NCBI GenBank assembly: GCA_965203515.1
Contig: OZ241907.1
Location: 1,248,001-1,312,000, forward strand
Source of the DNA: Spirochaetia bacterium
GTDB lineage: Bacteria > Spirochaetota > Spirochaetia > SZUA-6 > Bin103
DNA length: 64,000 bases
Direction of reading: 5' to 3'
Position numbers and translations under genes: made by a program. Under the pieces are notes generated by a model that worked only from the letters and a program-made list of their open reading frames with translations, was not told the DNA's origin and ran no database searches. How positions within the stretch are numbered: position 1 is the stretch's first letter; each line of letters begins with the position of its first letter. This document shows, piece by piece, positions 30,222-38,891 of the stretch.

Positions 30222-31187
30222 CTACCACAGGGAGGTCAGGCCGAAGTGGCGCGCCAGACGGTTGGCGATCACCAGCAGCGCGAAGTTGGCCACGGTCTCC
30301 AGCAGCCCGACGGCGGTGGCGTAGTCGTACTGAGCCTGCAGGATGCCGAACCGGTAGACGTAGGTCGACACGACCTGCATGGTGGTGATGTTGAGGTCGT
30401 TCTGCATCAACAGCAGCTTCTCGAAGCCGATGGTGAGCAGTTGGCCCAGGCGCATGATGAACAGGATCACGATGATCGGCGTGATCGAGGGCAGATCGAC
30501 GTGCCAGATGATGCGCAGCTTGTGCGCGCCGTCGCAGAACGCGGCCTCGCGGAGCTGCGGATCGACCGCGGACAACGACGCCAGGTAGATGATCGCGCCG
30601 AAGCCGGCGTTCTGCCACAACTCGGAGAGCACGTACAGGGTCGGCCCCCAGGACGGGCTGGCCATGAAGAAGATCGACTCTCCTCCCAGCAGCTTCAGCA
30701 CGGAATTGACCACCCCGATGCGCGGGCTCAGGAACACGGTGAGCATGCCCACCACCACCACCGTGGAGATGAAGTACGGCGCGTAGGTGGCGAACTGCAC
30801 GGCCTTCCTGAAGTGGCGGTTGCGCGTCTCGTTCATCATCAGCGCCAGCAACAGCGGGATCGGCCAGGTCGCCAAGCTGTAGAGGGAGATGACGACGGTG
30901 TTGCGGATGACCGGCAGGAAGTACGCGGAGTCGAAGAATCGGAGGAAGTGGGCGAACCCGTTCCACGCCGGCGCGGACCGCCCGGTGCGCAGGGAAAACC
31001 CGTCGGTGAAGGCGATGCTCAGCCCGTAGATCGGCAGGTACTTGAACAGGAAGATATGCACGATCGCGGGAACGATGAAGACGTAGAGCTCCCACGATCG
31101 GGCGAGGTACCGCGCCGTCCGGTGCAGTCGGAGGCTCACGGAGGGGCGTGCCAGCGTGTCCGCCGGCAGCCGGTCAAAGCTCCTCAT
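30222..31187 (-). CDS. Carbohydrate ABC permease
   Basis: APYFISTVV, IIYLASL, LREAAFCDGA, YATAVGL; start may be GTG at 31139. Confidence 0.9.
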   Translation of the reverse strand: MRSFDRLPADTLARPSVSLRLHRTARYLARSWELYVFIVPAIVHIFLFKYLPIYGLSIAFTDGFSLRTGRSAPAWNGFAHFLRFFDSAYFLPVIRNTVVISLYSLATWPIPLLLALMMNETRNRHFRKAVQFATYAPYFISTVVVVGMLTVFLSPRIGVVNSVLKLLGGESIFFMASPSWGPTLYVLSELWQNAGFGAIIYLASLSAVDPQLREAAFCDGAHKLRIIWHVDLPSITPIIVILFIMRLGQLLTIGFEKLLLMQNDLNITTMQVVSTYVYRFGILQAQYDYATAVGLLETVANFALLVIANRLARHFGLTSLW

Positions 31188-31315
31188 CTATGATGCAAGA
31201 CCGATCGGACCCGAGACGGACCGCTGGGACGATCGAACGCGGCGATCGGGGTCGACCGGTTTCCCCTTATGTCACCATGACGCACCATCTGTCAACGGAC
31301 CCGCGAAGGGATGAC

Positions 31316-32278
31316 GTGACGCAGCCGGACGCGGCCGACCGCCGCGCGGTCCGGACCGGCGTGGCGGCGATGCTGGCGGCGACCGCGGTGTGGATCATGA
31401 TCCCGATCCTGGTGAAGATCGCGTTGCGCGCCTTCGATCCGATCCTGATATCGGCGTCGCGGCTGCCGGTCGCCGCGCTGCTGCTGGCGGCGCTGCACCG
31501 GGCGCGGGGCGGGCGCCTGCGCGATCTGCTGCCCGGCAGCGGCTGGCACCTGATCGGCGGCGCCGCGCTGGGCGTGAACTATCAACTGTTCGCGCTGGGC
31601 ATGAGCCTGACCACCGCCGGCGCGGGGACGGTGATCATCCAGGTGCAGATCGTCACCCTGGTGCTGCTGGCGCGCTGGGTCCTGCGGGAGCGCCTGTCGC
31701 CGGTCAAGCTGGCGGCGATCGCCGGCGTCATGGCGGGCGGAGCGCTGGTGCTGGCGGCGCCGGGCGCGGTCGACGATCTGGCCGCGCCTTCGTATCGGAC
31801 CGGCAATCTGGTCATGATCGCGGCCGCCGCCGGGTTCGGCATCTACGGACTGGCCAGCCGCGCGCTGGCCGGACGGCCGAAGAGCGGCACGGCGCTGCAG
31901 ATCGCGGTGCCGATCCTGAGCGTCGCGTCGGTCGTGAACCTGTGCCTGCTGCCGTTCGCGCGGTGGCCGGAGTCCGTGCCGGCCGGCCCGCTCGCCGCCC
32001 TGCTGTCGCTGGGGGTGGTCGGCACCGCGGCCAACTACGCGTTGATGACGGCCGCCTTCCGGCGCCTGTCGGCGGCCACGGCCGGAACGATCACCGCCCT
32101 GACCCCGCCCGGCGTGATCGCGCTGGCCGCGGTCACGCTGGGCGAGCCGGTGCCGCTGTCGATGGCCGCCGCGGCGGCGATCGTCACCGCCGGCCTGCTC
32201 GCCCTGATCTGGGATGAGCGGATGCGGGTTGAACGGCGGCGGGATGACCGGCGCTCGCGGCGCCGCACCGCGCCCTGA
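31316..32278 (+). CDS. DMT/EamA-family transporter
   Basis: About 10 hydrophobic helices in two repeats (LRER, LGEP motifs); start approximate. Confidence 0.85.
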   Translation: MTQPDAADRRAVRTGVAAMLAATAVWIMIPILVKIALRAFDPILISASRLPVAALLLAALHRARGGRLRDLLPGSGWHLIGGAALGVNYQLFALGMSLTTAGAGTVIIQVQIVTLVLLARWVLRERLSPVKLAAIAGVMAGGALVLAAPGAVDDLAAPSYRTGNLVMIAAAAGFGIYGLASRALAGRPKSGTALQIAVPILSVASVVNLCLLPFARWPESVPAGPLAALLSLGVVGTAANYALMTAAFRRLSAATAGTITALTPPGVIALAAVTLGEPVPLSMAAAAAIVTAGLLALIWDERMRVERRRDDRRSRRRTAP

Positions 32279-32293
32279 CCGGCGTTTCCCGGT

Positions 32294-32313
32294 CTAGCTC
32301 TAGTCTAGCCTAG
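32294..32313. repeat. Cluster of four CTAG tetramers
   Basis: CTAGctCTAGtCTAGcCTAG; the last one supplies the iolE stop. Confidence 0.9.
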
Positions 32314-33191
32314 CCCAGCCCGATGTCCCGCAGGTATTCCCTGGTCCGCCTGGCGATCGGCAGCGGCGCCCCCGGCGCCGGCGGATACATGTCCTGCTCC
32401 ACCACGCCGAACCCGTCGTAGCCGATGCGATGGGCGACGTCGCGGAGGCGTTCGAAGTCGACCGCGCCCTCGGACGGCTCGCAGAACATCCCCTGCGCGA
32501 CCGCCGCCGCGAACGGCGTCCCGCCGCGCAGCACCTGCTCGCGCAACTCGGTGCGGATGCTCTTGAGGTGCAGGTAGGGGATGCGCCGGTGGTGCCGCTC
32601 GAAGAACGCGATCGGATCGCCGCCGGTGTAGGCGTCATGGCCGGTGTCCAGACAGAGCATCACCGACGGATCGGCGTCGGCGAGCAGGCGCTCCATCTGC
32701 CGGTGGTTCTCCACGTGCGTGTCGGCGTGCGGATGGAACACCACCTGCAGCCCGTAGCCGGCCGCCCGCTCCTGAGCGCGGTCGACGGTATCGATCAGCC
32801 GCGCCCACGCCGCGTCGTCCAGCTCCTTGGGCCGCTGCCGCTCACCGGTGTGCAGGTCGGTGTAGACGTCGTCGATGAGCACGATGAACCGGGCGCCAAG
32901 CCGCCGAAACGGCCCGGACACCCGGTCGATGTCGCGCAGCACCAGGTCGGCGGCGCCTTCGTCCTCCAGGTGATGCATGACGAAACCGCCGCAGAGCTTC
33001 AGGGAGCGCTTGGCGAGCTCCGCCTGCAGCACGTCGAGGTCGGTCGGCAGGTAGCCGATCGGCCCCAGCTCCGTCCACTCGTAGCCCGCCTCGGCCGCCT
33101 CGTCCAGATACTGCTCCCAGGGGGGTTGCTTCGGATCCGACGGAAACCACACCCCCCAGGAGTCGGGTCCCGTCCCTACGGTGATCGCCAT
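32310..33191 (-). CDS. iolE: Myo-inosose-2 dehydratase-like TIM barrel
   Basis: PDSWGVWF, ELGPIGYLP, FHPH, CLDTGH, HLK, VEQD; directly downstream of iolG. Confidence 0.78.
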   Translation of the reverse strand: MAITVGTGPDSWGVWFPSDPKQPPWEQYLDEAAEAGYEWTELGPIGYLPTDLDVLQAELAKRSLKLCGGFVMHHLEDEGAADLVLRDIDRVSGPFRRLGARFIVLIDDVYTDLHTGERQRPKELDDAAWARLIDTVDRAQERAAGYGLQVVFHPHADTHVENHRQMERLLADADPSVMLCLDTGHDAYTGGDPIAFFERHHRRIPYLHLKSIRTELREQVLRGGTPFAAAVAQGMFCEPSEGAVDFERLRDVAHRIGYDGFGVVEQDMYPPAPGAPLPIARRTREYLRDIGLG

Positions 33192-33201
33192 GGGACGCCG
33201 A

Positions 33202-34227
33202 TCATAGCGCGTCGCCCGCCGGCGGCGCCACCGGGGCGGGCACCGGCACGGTGCTGCCGCTCGCCAGCGACCGCAGCGCCGCCTCGGCCAGCTCCAGCGC
33301 CCGCTGCCCGTCGGCAAAGGTGACCGACGGCTCCCTGCCGGCCGTCACCGCGTCGATGAAGTCCGCCAGTTCGGCCCGGTACGCCGCCGCGTAGCGTTCG
33401 ATGAAGAAGCGCTCCAGCGGCGCCGGCGCGCCGGCGCCGGCCGCCGTAAAGAGCCGCGCTTCGTCCGCCAGGCGGTTGCCCGAACAGACCATGCCGGCGC
33501 TGCCGTGCACCTCCAGCCGCTGGTCGTAGCCGTACGCGGCGCGGCGCGAGCAATTGACGTGACACTGCGCCCCGGAGGCGGTCGACATCATCACCATGGC
33601 GGTATCGACGTCGCCCAGATCGCCGATCGCCGGGTCGATCAGCGCGCCGCCGATCGCCGTGATCGACGTCGGCTCCTCGCCGAGCACGAAGCGCGCGAGA
33701 TCGAAGTCATGGATCATCATGTCCCGGAACAGTCCTCCCGATACGCGCAGGTAGGCCGCCGGCGGCGGCTCCGGGTCGCGGCTGGTGATGATCACCTGCT
33801 GCACGGCGCCCACGGCGCCGCCCGCCGCCAGCTCGCGAACGCGGCGGTGGGTCGGGTCGTAGCGGCGGTTGAAGCCGATCTGAATCGGCACGCCGGTAGC
33901 GCGCACCGCCTGCCGGCAGCGCTCCACGCGCTCCAGGCTCAGGTCGATCGGCTTCTCGCACAGCACCGCCTTGCCGGCGGCGGCGGCGGCGATGATCAGC
34001 GGCACGTGCGTGTCGGTCGACGACGCGATCAGCGCCGCATCGACGCCGGCGGCCAGCGCGGCATCGACGTCCGGCGCCGCCGCCGCGCCGTGGCGCCCGG
34101 CGACCGCCGCCGCCGCGGACGCCACCGGGTCGTAGACGCAGACCAGCCGGGCGTCCGACCGCGCGGCCAGGTTGGCGGCGTGCATGGCGCCGATGCGCCC
34201 CGCTCCGAAGAGTGCAACGTTGACCAT
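33202..34227 (-). CDS. iolG: Inositol 2-dehydrogenase
   Basis: GAGRIG, CEKP, GFNRRYD, SRDP, SGGLFRDMMIHDFD, YGYDQRLEV, FFIERY. Confidence 0.92.
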   Translation of the reverse strand: MVNVALFGAGRIGAMHAANLAARSDARLVCVYDPVASAAAAVAGRHGAAAAPDVDAALAAGVDAALIASSTDTHVPLIIAAAAAGKAVLCEKPIDLSLERVERCRQAVRATGVPIQIGFNRRYDPTHRRVRELAAGGAVGAVQQVIITSRDPEPPPAAYLRVSGGLFRDMMIHDFDLARFVLGEEPTSITAIGGALIDPAIGDLGDVDTAMVMMSTASGAQCHVNCSRRAAYGYDQRLEVHGSAGMVCSGNRLADEARLFTAAGAGAPAPLERFFIERYAAAYRAELADFIDAVTAGREPSVTFADGQRALELAEAALRSLASGSTVPVPAPVAPPAGDAL

Positions 34228-34251
34228 GCGCCCCATCGTACCCGGAATCGA

Positions 34252-35361
34252 TCAGGTGGCGGTGAACGCATCGGGGATGAGCGGGAGCTGGACCGCAGCG
34301 CCGCCGCCGTCGGCAACCGCCGATCCGGCCATGGCCGCATCCCGCGCGACGACGTACAGGTATTCCTTGTTGCGAACGTGGCTGATCTTCCCGACTCGAT
34401 CGCCGGCGGGATTGTAGATGCCGATGCGCGCGCCGACGTAGCGCCGGTAGTCGTTTTCGACCACGGCGACCCGAGCGTCCCCACCATAGCACTGCGTGAA
34501 CAGCGTCTCCATTTCCTGGCGAGTGACGTAGCCTTCGTCGTTGAAGGAGACGACCACGAACTTCGAGCGGACGGCCTGCAGCAGATCGCGCAATGCGGTC
34601 CTGAAGTGTCGGCGCGAGTTGAAGGCGCTCTTCCGCGAGCGGCAATCGACGCGTTTGCAGGCGACGCCGTACACGTCGGGCTTGTCCCAGAGGATGAGCG
34701 ACTCCCAGACGTGATAGTTGCCAAGATACGAATGCTGATTGTACGGAGGGTCGAGGTAGACGACATCGGCTTCGACCGATGCGGCCGCCGCCTGCGCATC
34801 GAGCTGCCGTGCCGAGCACCGGCCTGCCGTCGGGCGGGGCACGAGGTCGGGAACGCGCAAGGCGAGGTCGTTATATGATCTCGGCGCCCAGTGCTTCAGA
34901 TAGGCCATCTGGACGCCGGTGGTCGAGTCGACGCGGTCGGCCGCCTCCATCAAGGAAACGAGGACGATCGCCTCCAGCTCGGGATCGAGGGACTTGGCGG
35001 CGATCGCTTCACGGATCGCGTCGACGCGGGCTCCGTTCTTGGGCTGGAAGAACCTGGACCGCTCACAGAACGTCTCGGTAAAGTACCCCGGTCTGCCGGG
35101 CAACGAGTTGAATTCGGCGATGAGCCGCGGCAGGTCCCGGCGGTGATCCTGGTGATCCGCCTGCACGTAGCACGCGGCCAGCGCGGCGGCGTAGGCATTG
35201 TGGTCGTTGGCGTGGACCTGCAGCCCCGCCCGCTTCAACGCGTGGCCGACGCGCGACGTACCGGAGAACGGATCCAGAACCGAGGTCACGTTGCCGAGCG
35301 AGTCGATGACGCGCAGGATGGCCGGTATGAGGGCTCGCTTGGAGCCGATGTACTTGATCAC
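34252..35361 (-). CDS. DNA adenine methyltransferase (D12/alpha class), no adjacent classical REase
   Basis: KYIGSK, DPFSG (SAM binding), YLDPPY (catalytic). Confidence 0.92.
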   Translation of the reverse strand: MIKYIGSKRALIPAILRVIDSLGNVTSVLDPFSGTSRVGHALKRAGLQVHANDHNAYAAALAACYVQADHQDHRRDLPRLIAEFNSLPGRPGYFTETFCERSRFFQPKNGARVDAIREAIAAKSLDPELEAIVLVSLMEAADRVDSTTGVQMAYLKHWAPRSYNDLALRVPDLVPRPTAGRCSARQLDAQAAAASVEADVVYLDPPYNQHSYLGNYHVWESLILWDKPDVYGVACKRVDCRSRKSAFNSRRHFRTALRDLLQAVRSKFVVVSFNDEGYVTRQEMETLFTQCYGGDARVAVVENDYRRYVGARIGIYNPAGDRVGKISHVRNKEYLYVVARDAAMAGSAVADGGGAAVQLPLIPDAFTAT

Positions 35362-35487
35362 GGAGAGCTCACCACGCGCGCTTCGATCCGTGGAACAACC
35401 ACGCGAGCAATGACTCTATGAAGCGAGCGTACTCATCGATGCTCGTCTTCGCTCCGTGCGGCGGCTAAACGAAGCGCTCGGCATCGA

Positions 35488-35787
35488 CTATGGGATCGAG
35501 TCCTGCACGCGGGCCAGCAGCTCCTCCTCCGTCTCGCACTCGATGATCCAGTCGCCGACCTCTACCAGGCGCTCCGGATCGGTCAGATGCTCCAGCAGGA
35601 CGGACAACCGCGGCCCCGTTTCCGTCGAGAATTTCCGCGCCGCCTGCCGGCACAGCCGCCTTCGTTCTTCGCCACGACCCTGCTCGATGCCCTGCTCGAT
35701 GCCCTGCTCGATGCCCTGCTCGATGCCTTCCTTCAGGCCCTGCTCGCGGCCTTCCGCGACCCACTCGGCTACCAACTCCTGCAACAT
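35488..35787 (-). CDS. Putative intragenic RpnS-type small protein (99 aa, in frame with Rpn)
   Basis: Internal GGAGGAGG SD just upstream of the in-frame ATG at 35787 (MLQELVAEW...). Confidence 0.6.
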   Translation of the reverse strand: MLQELVAEWVAEGREQGLKEGIEQGIEQGIEQGIEQGRGEERRRLCRQAARKFSTETGPRLSVLLEHLTDPERLVEVGDWIIECETEEELLARVQDSIP

Positions 35788-36498
35788 CGGCCGTACCTCC
35801 TCCGATCCCGGCAACGATTCCAACGCCGTGCCCTGCATCTTGCGCGGCACCAGCACCTGCTTCACCCATTCCCGGAACACTTGCGTCAACTCCGGGTTCC
35901 TCAACTCCCGCAGCCGCTCGAACAGCGCTGCCAGCAACTCCGGCACCCGCTCACTCGTGCGATTGGTCTCCAGCGCGATCAGAGCCGATACCAGGTTGCG
36001 ACCGGGCAGATCGTCCGCTCTCAGCCGCCCCTGGTCAAGCAGATAGTACCGCAGCGACGGCTGATACCGCGCCAGCGCCTCCCCGCCGAACGCGATCAGC
36101 TCCGCCACGTCCTCGGACGCCGTCCACGGCCGGCTGCCGTTGTAGATCACGATCGGCAGCACCGGCGGCAGCTTGCCGTGGCGGCGCAGCGCGCCGTCGT
36201 CGATCAGCTTCTCGTACAGCAGACCGGTGTAGGTGAGCACCCGCACCGCCATGGCCGGCTCGACGGTCGACTGGAACTCCAGCAGCACCAGCAGGTACAG
36301 CCATTCATCGCGGAATCCGACCCGCCACACCAGATCGCCGTGGCGCTCCCGCAGGCGGTCGCTGACGAAGCTGGCCGGAACCGGGGTGAGGGTCGAGAAG
36401 TCGAGCGCATCGCTCCAGTCGCGGGCGACGAAGCCGCGCAGCAGGTCCTGAACCATGCGAGGCTGCGAGAACAGCCGCTTGTAGCCGGGGTCGTGCAT
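35488..36498 (-). CDS. Rpn family (YhgA-like) recombination-promoting nuclease
   Basis: HDPGYKRLFS, GDLVWRV, LLEFQS, PPVLPIVIYNG..W, C-terminal EQGIEQG repeats. Confidence 0.9.
   Translation of the reverse strand: MHDPGYKRLFSQPRMVQDLLRGFVARDWSDALDFSTLTPVPASFVSDRLRERHGDLVWRVGFRDEWLYLLVLLEFQSTVEPAMAVRVLTYTGLLYEKLIDDGALRRHGKLPPVLPIVIYNGSRPWTASEDVAELIAFGGEALARYQPSLRYYLLDQGRLRADDLPGRNLVSALIALETNRTSERVPELLAALFERLRELRNPELTQVFREWVKQVLVPRKMQGTALESLPGSEEVRPMLQELVAEWVAEGREQGLKEGIEQGIEQGIEQGIEQGRGEERRRLCRQAARKFSTETGPRLSVLLEHLTDPERLVEVGDWIIECETEEELLARVQDSIP
35678..35725 (-). repeat. 12-bp tandem repeat x4 in the Rpn C-terminus (IEQG)
   Basis: CCCTGCTCGATG x4 on the + strand. Confidence 0.95.
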
Positions 36499-36610
36499 GA
36501 TATGTGACGATCATACCGCATGCGAGCGGCAGTACATTGTGAAGACCGGGCCGACGGATACGCTGGATGAGCTGATGCCGCGCATGGCGCCGGAACTGAG
36601 AGGTGATCTG

Positions 36611-36856
36611 ATGACCTGTGGCGAGATGCTGCGCCGGGAAGGCGAGTTGAGGGGCCGACAGGAAGGCGAGTTGAAAGGCCGACAGGAAGGCCGGCAGGAG
36701 GGTGAGTTGCGGGGCCGGCTGGAGACCATCGCCGGGCTCCTGCGGGCCGGGGTCGGGTGGCCGGTGATCCAATCCGCCGCTGGCATCGATGAGCGGACCT
36801 ACCGCGCTCTCAAACGCGACGCCTCCCACGGGACGGAGCAGCCCGCGCCCCGCTGA
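36611..36856 (+). CDS. Stand-alone RpnS-like protein / Rpn C-terminal remnant (81 aa)
   Basis: SD GAGGTG then MTCGEMLRREGELRGRQEGELKGRQEG...IAGLLRAG...IQSAAG; no nuclease domain upstream. Confidence 0.65.
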   Translation: MTCGEMLRREGELRGRQEGELKGRQEGRQEGELRGRLETIAGLLRAGVGWPVIQSAAGIDERTYRALKRDASHGTEQPAPR

Positions 36857-36867
36857 CCCCTTCCGGC

Positions 36868-38891
36868 CCGGGCGCGTCCACTACCGCGAGCACGCGCGCA
36901 AGGGCTTCCGGTTTCCGGTTTCGCGGGCGCGCGCTCGCATGGGACACCGCTTCCCTGCCGCCGCTCCGCCGCCGCGCACGGGCTCGCCGTCGCCGGTGAA
37001 CAGCGATCTGCCGTGCACTTCGGCGATGCGGCTGCCGAACGGGTGCTGCGGTTCATCTTGGCGAGGTCGCCGTTGCTCATTTCGTCGCGTCGCTCGGAAC
37101 CTGACCTACGCCGCTTCGCAGGACACCAGCTCCCAGCCGTGGAAGACCAGCGCCAGACCGATGAAGCGCACGCCCGGGTACTGCCGCGCCAGCCGCTCGT
37201 CGGCCAGATAGCGCGCCAACTGCGCGTGCGCCTGCTCGGCCGCGGCCGCCACCGCCGCCTGATCCACCGCCGCAGAGCGCTTGAAGTACTTGAGCTCGAT
37301 CAGGTAGCCGAGCCGCAGGTGCGGGTAGCGGGCCACGAGCGGTTCCAGCGCGATGTCCGCATGCCCCTTGCCCAGCTCCGCCTCCGAGCGGAACTCGTAG
37401 TAGTTGGTCACGCTCAGATAGGCGGCCAGGAACCCCTGGATCACCTTCTCCCCGGCGATATAGTCCCGAATCCCCGTCTGCCGCGCGATCGCCTCGCTCA
37501 GATACTCGAACACCGGCCGCCACTCCCCCTCGTTGGCCATCCGGATCAGCAACTGCTCGACGCGAAACAGGTTGACCGAGAAGACCTGCACGTCGCGGTA
37601 GCCGTCGCGCAGAAAGCCGTACATGAGCCGCTTCACGGTCTGGTTGGGAATCGCCAGCCGCGGTATGTCCTGCGTCACGTCGCGGATGCTCAACAGCCCG
37701 AAGAAGTGCAGCAGCGAGAGGAAGTTCTCCGGCTCGGCAAGCCGCTCCAGCGGGAAGCCGGGCTGGATCTGGGTGGTGACCTGCTCCTCGCCGATCACGT
37801 CGCGCAGCAGATCGAAGTTGCCGTTCAACCGCCGCCCGACCACCAGCAGGTGGCGCAGCTTGCCGTAGTCGATGCGCACGTTGGCGTCGATCAGGGACTT
37901 GGGTACCCGCCGGTTGGGAATCGATTGTTTCAGGTAATAGAGCACCATGTCGGAGTTGTAGAGATCGGTGACGGCCTCCTCGGAGAAGCGGTAGCCGTTG
38001 TACCACTCGCCCATGATGCCCAGCGCGGTATCGGCGTCCTGGTTGAAGACGCCCAGGTCGCGGTACCTCTCGACCAGATGCCGCACCTCCGCCGCGGTGA
38101 AGCCGACCATCTCGTTGAAGTCCGGCTCCAGGCTGATGTTGGCGCCGATGTTGAAGCCGCTGGTGACGTCGTCCAGGGTGACCGGCGACACGCCGGTGAT
38201 GAACAGGCGTTCGAGGCCGCCGCCGGCGCGGTCGGTGCCGCCCTTGAGGGCGGCGAAGAAGTCGCGGTAGAAGCCGCCGCCGCGGGTGAAGGAGTGGTAC
38301 GCCTCGGCGCCGTGGTAGGCCAGCACGGTGTTGGCGAAGTTGTCGTACTCGTCGATCAGCACGTACAGCGGGATGCCGTGGTCGCCGGCGTAGCGGAACA
38401 GCGCGGAAAGCTTCTCGGCGATCGACGGCGGCGCCAGGATGCGCTGCAGCGCAGCATCGGGAAACAGGTCCGGATGCCGTTCCAGAGTCCCTGCGAGATC
38501 GATGTGGCAGTAGCCTTCGAAGCGCTGTTCGAGCGTTTCGAGCTTGGCGTTGACCATCGAGAAGTTGAAGCGCAGGGTGACGTAGCGGCTGCGCTCCTCG
38601 GTCGGGCTGCGCCCGATGTCGGTGCCGGCGAACGTGGCGTCGAAGCGGTCGGCCCAGAACCGGTCGTAGTAGCACTCCAGCAGCGCCACCCACAGCGACT
38701 TGCCGAAGCGCCGCGGGCGGATCAGGAAGGCGTAGCGCTCCTGCTCCAGCCGCCGCAGGAAGCGGGTCTTGTCGACGTACAGCCACCCGTTCAAGCGGAT
38801 GCGGCTGAACGACGCCTCCCCGTAGGGAATGCGCGGGTAGTCGGGAACCATGGTCACTGCCGCAGCCGGGACGCGTCCACTCTACCGCGAG
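36868..38891. repeat. Imperfect direct repeat (36868-36890 and 38866-38891) bracketing the AAA-nuclease gene
   Basis: CCGGG-CGCGTCCAC--TACCGCGAG vs CCGGGACGCGTCCACTCTACCGCGAG. Confidence 0.6.
37106..38857 (-). CDS. AAA-ATPase-like protein with C-terminal PD-(D/E)XK nuclease domain
   Basis: YVDKT, RPRRFGKS, IDEYD, IPN; C-terminal SE..LGKGHADI...LIELK. Confidence 0.9.
   Translation of the reverse strand: MTMVPDYPRIPYGEASFSRIRLNGWLYVDKTRFLRRLEQERYAFLIRPRRFGKSLWVALLECYYDRFWADRFDATFAGTDIGRSPTEERSRYVTLRFNFSMVNAKLETLEQRFEGYCHIDLAGTLERHPDLFPDAALQRILAPPSIAEKLSALFRYAGDHGIPLYVLIDEYDNFANTVLAYHGAEAYHSFTRGGGFYRDFFAALKGGTDRAGGGLERLFITGVSPVTLDDVTSGFNIGANISLEPDFNEMVGFTAAEVRHLVERYRDLGVFNQDADTALGIMGEWYNGYRFSEEAVTDLYNSDMVLYYLKQSIPNRRVPKSLIDANVRIDYGKLRHLLVVGRRLNGNFDLLRDVIGEEQVTTQIQPGFPLERLAEPENFLSLLHFFGLLSIRDVTQDIPRLAIPNQTVKRLMYGFLRDGYRDVQVFSVNLFRVEQLLIRMANEGEWRPVFEYLSEAIARQTGIRDYIAGEKVIQGFLAAYLSVTNYYEFRSEAELGKGHADIALEPLVARYPHLRLGYLIELKYFKRSAAVDQAAVAAAAEQAHAQLARYLADERLARQYPGVRFIGLALVFHGWELVSCEAA

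Noticed and set aside
35488..36498. Rpn as an IS transposase
   Set aside because: No terminal inverted repeats or target duplication seen; the family is a PD-(D/E)XK nuclease despite its legacy 'transposase' label.
36799..37080. 93-aa ORF between the RpnS-like and AAA genes
   Set aside because: No recognisable motif, unnatural composition, and it overlaps the RpnS-like ORF; it may be a degraded fragment but cannot be supported.
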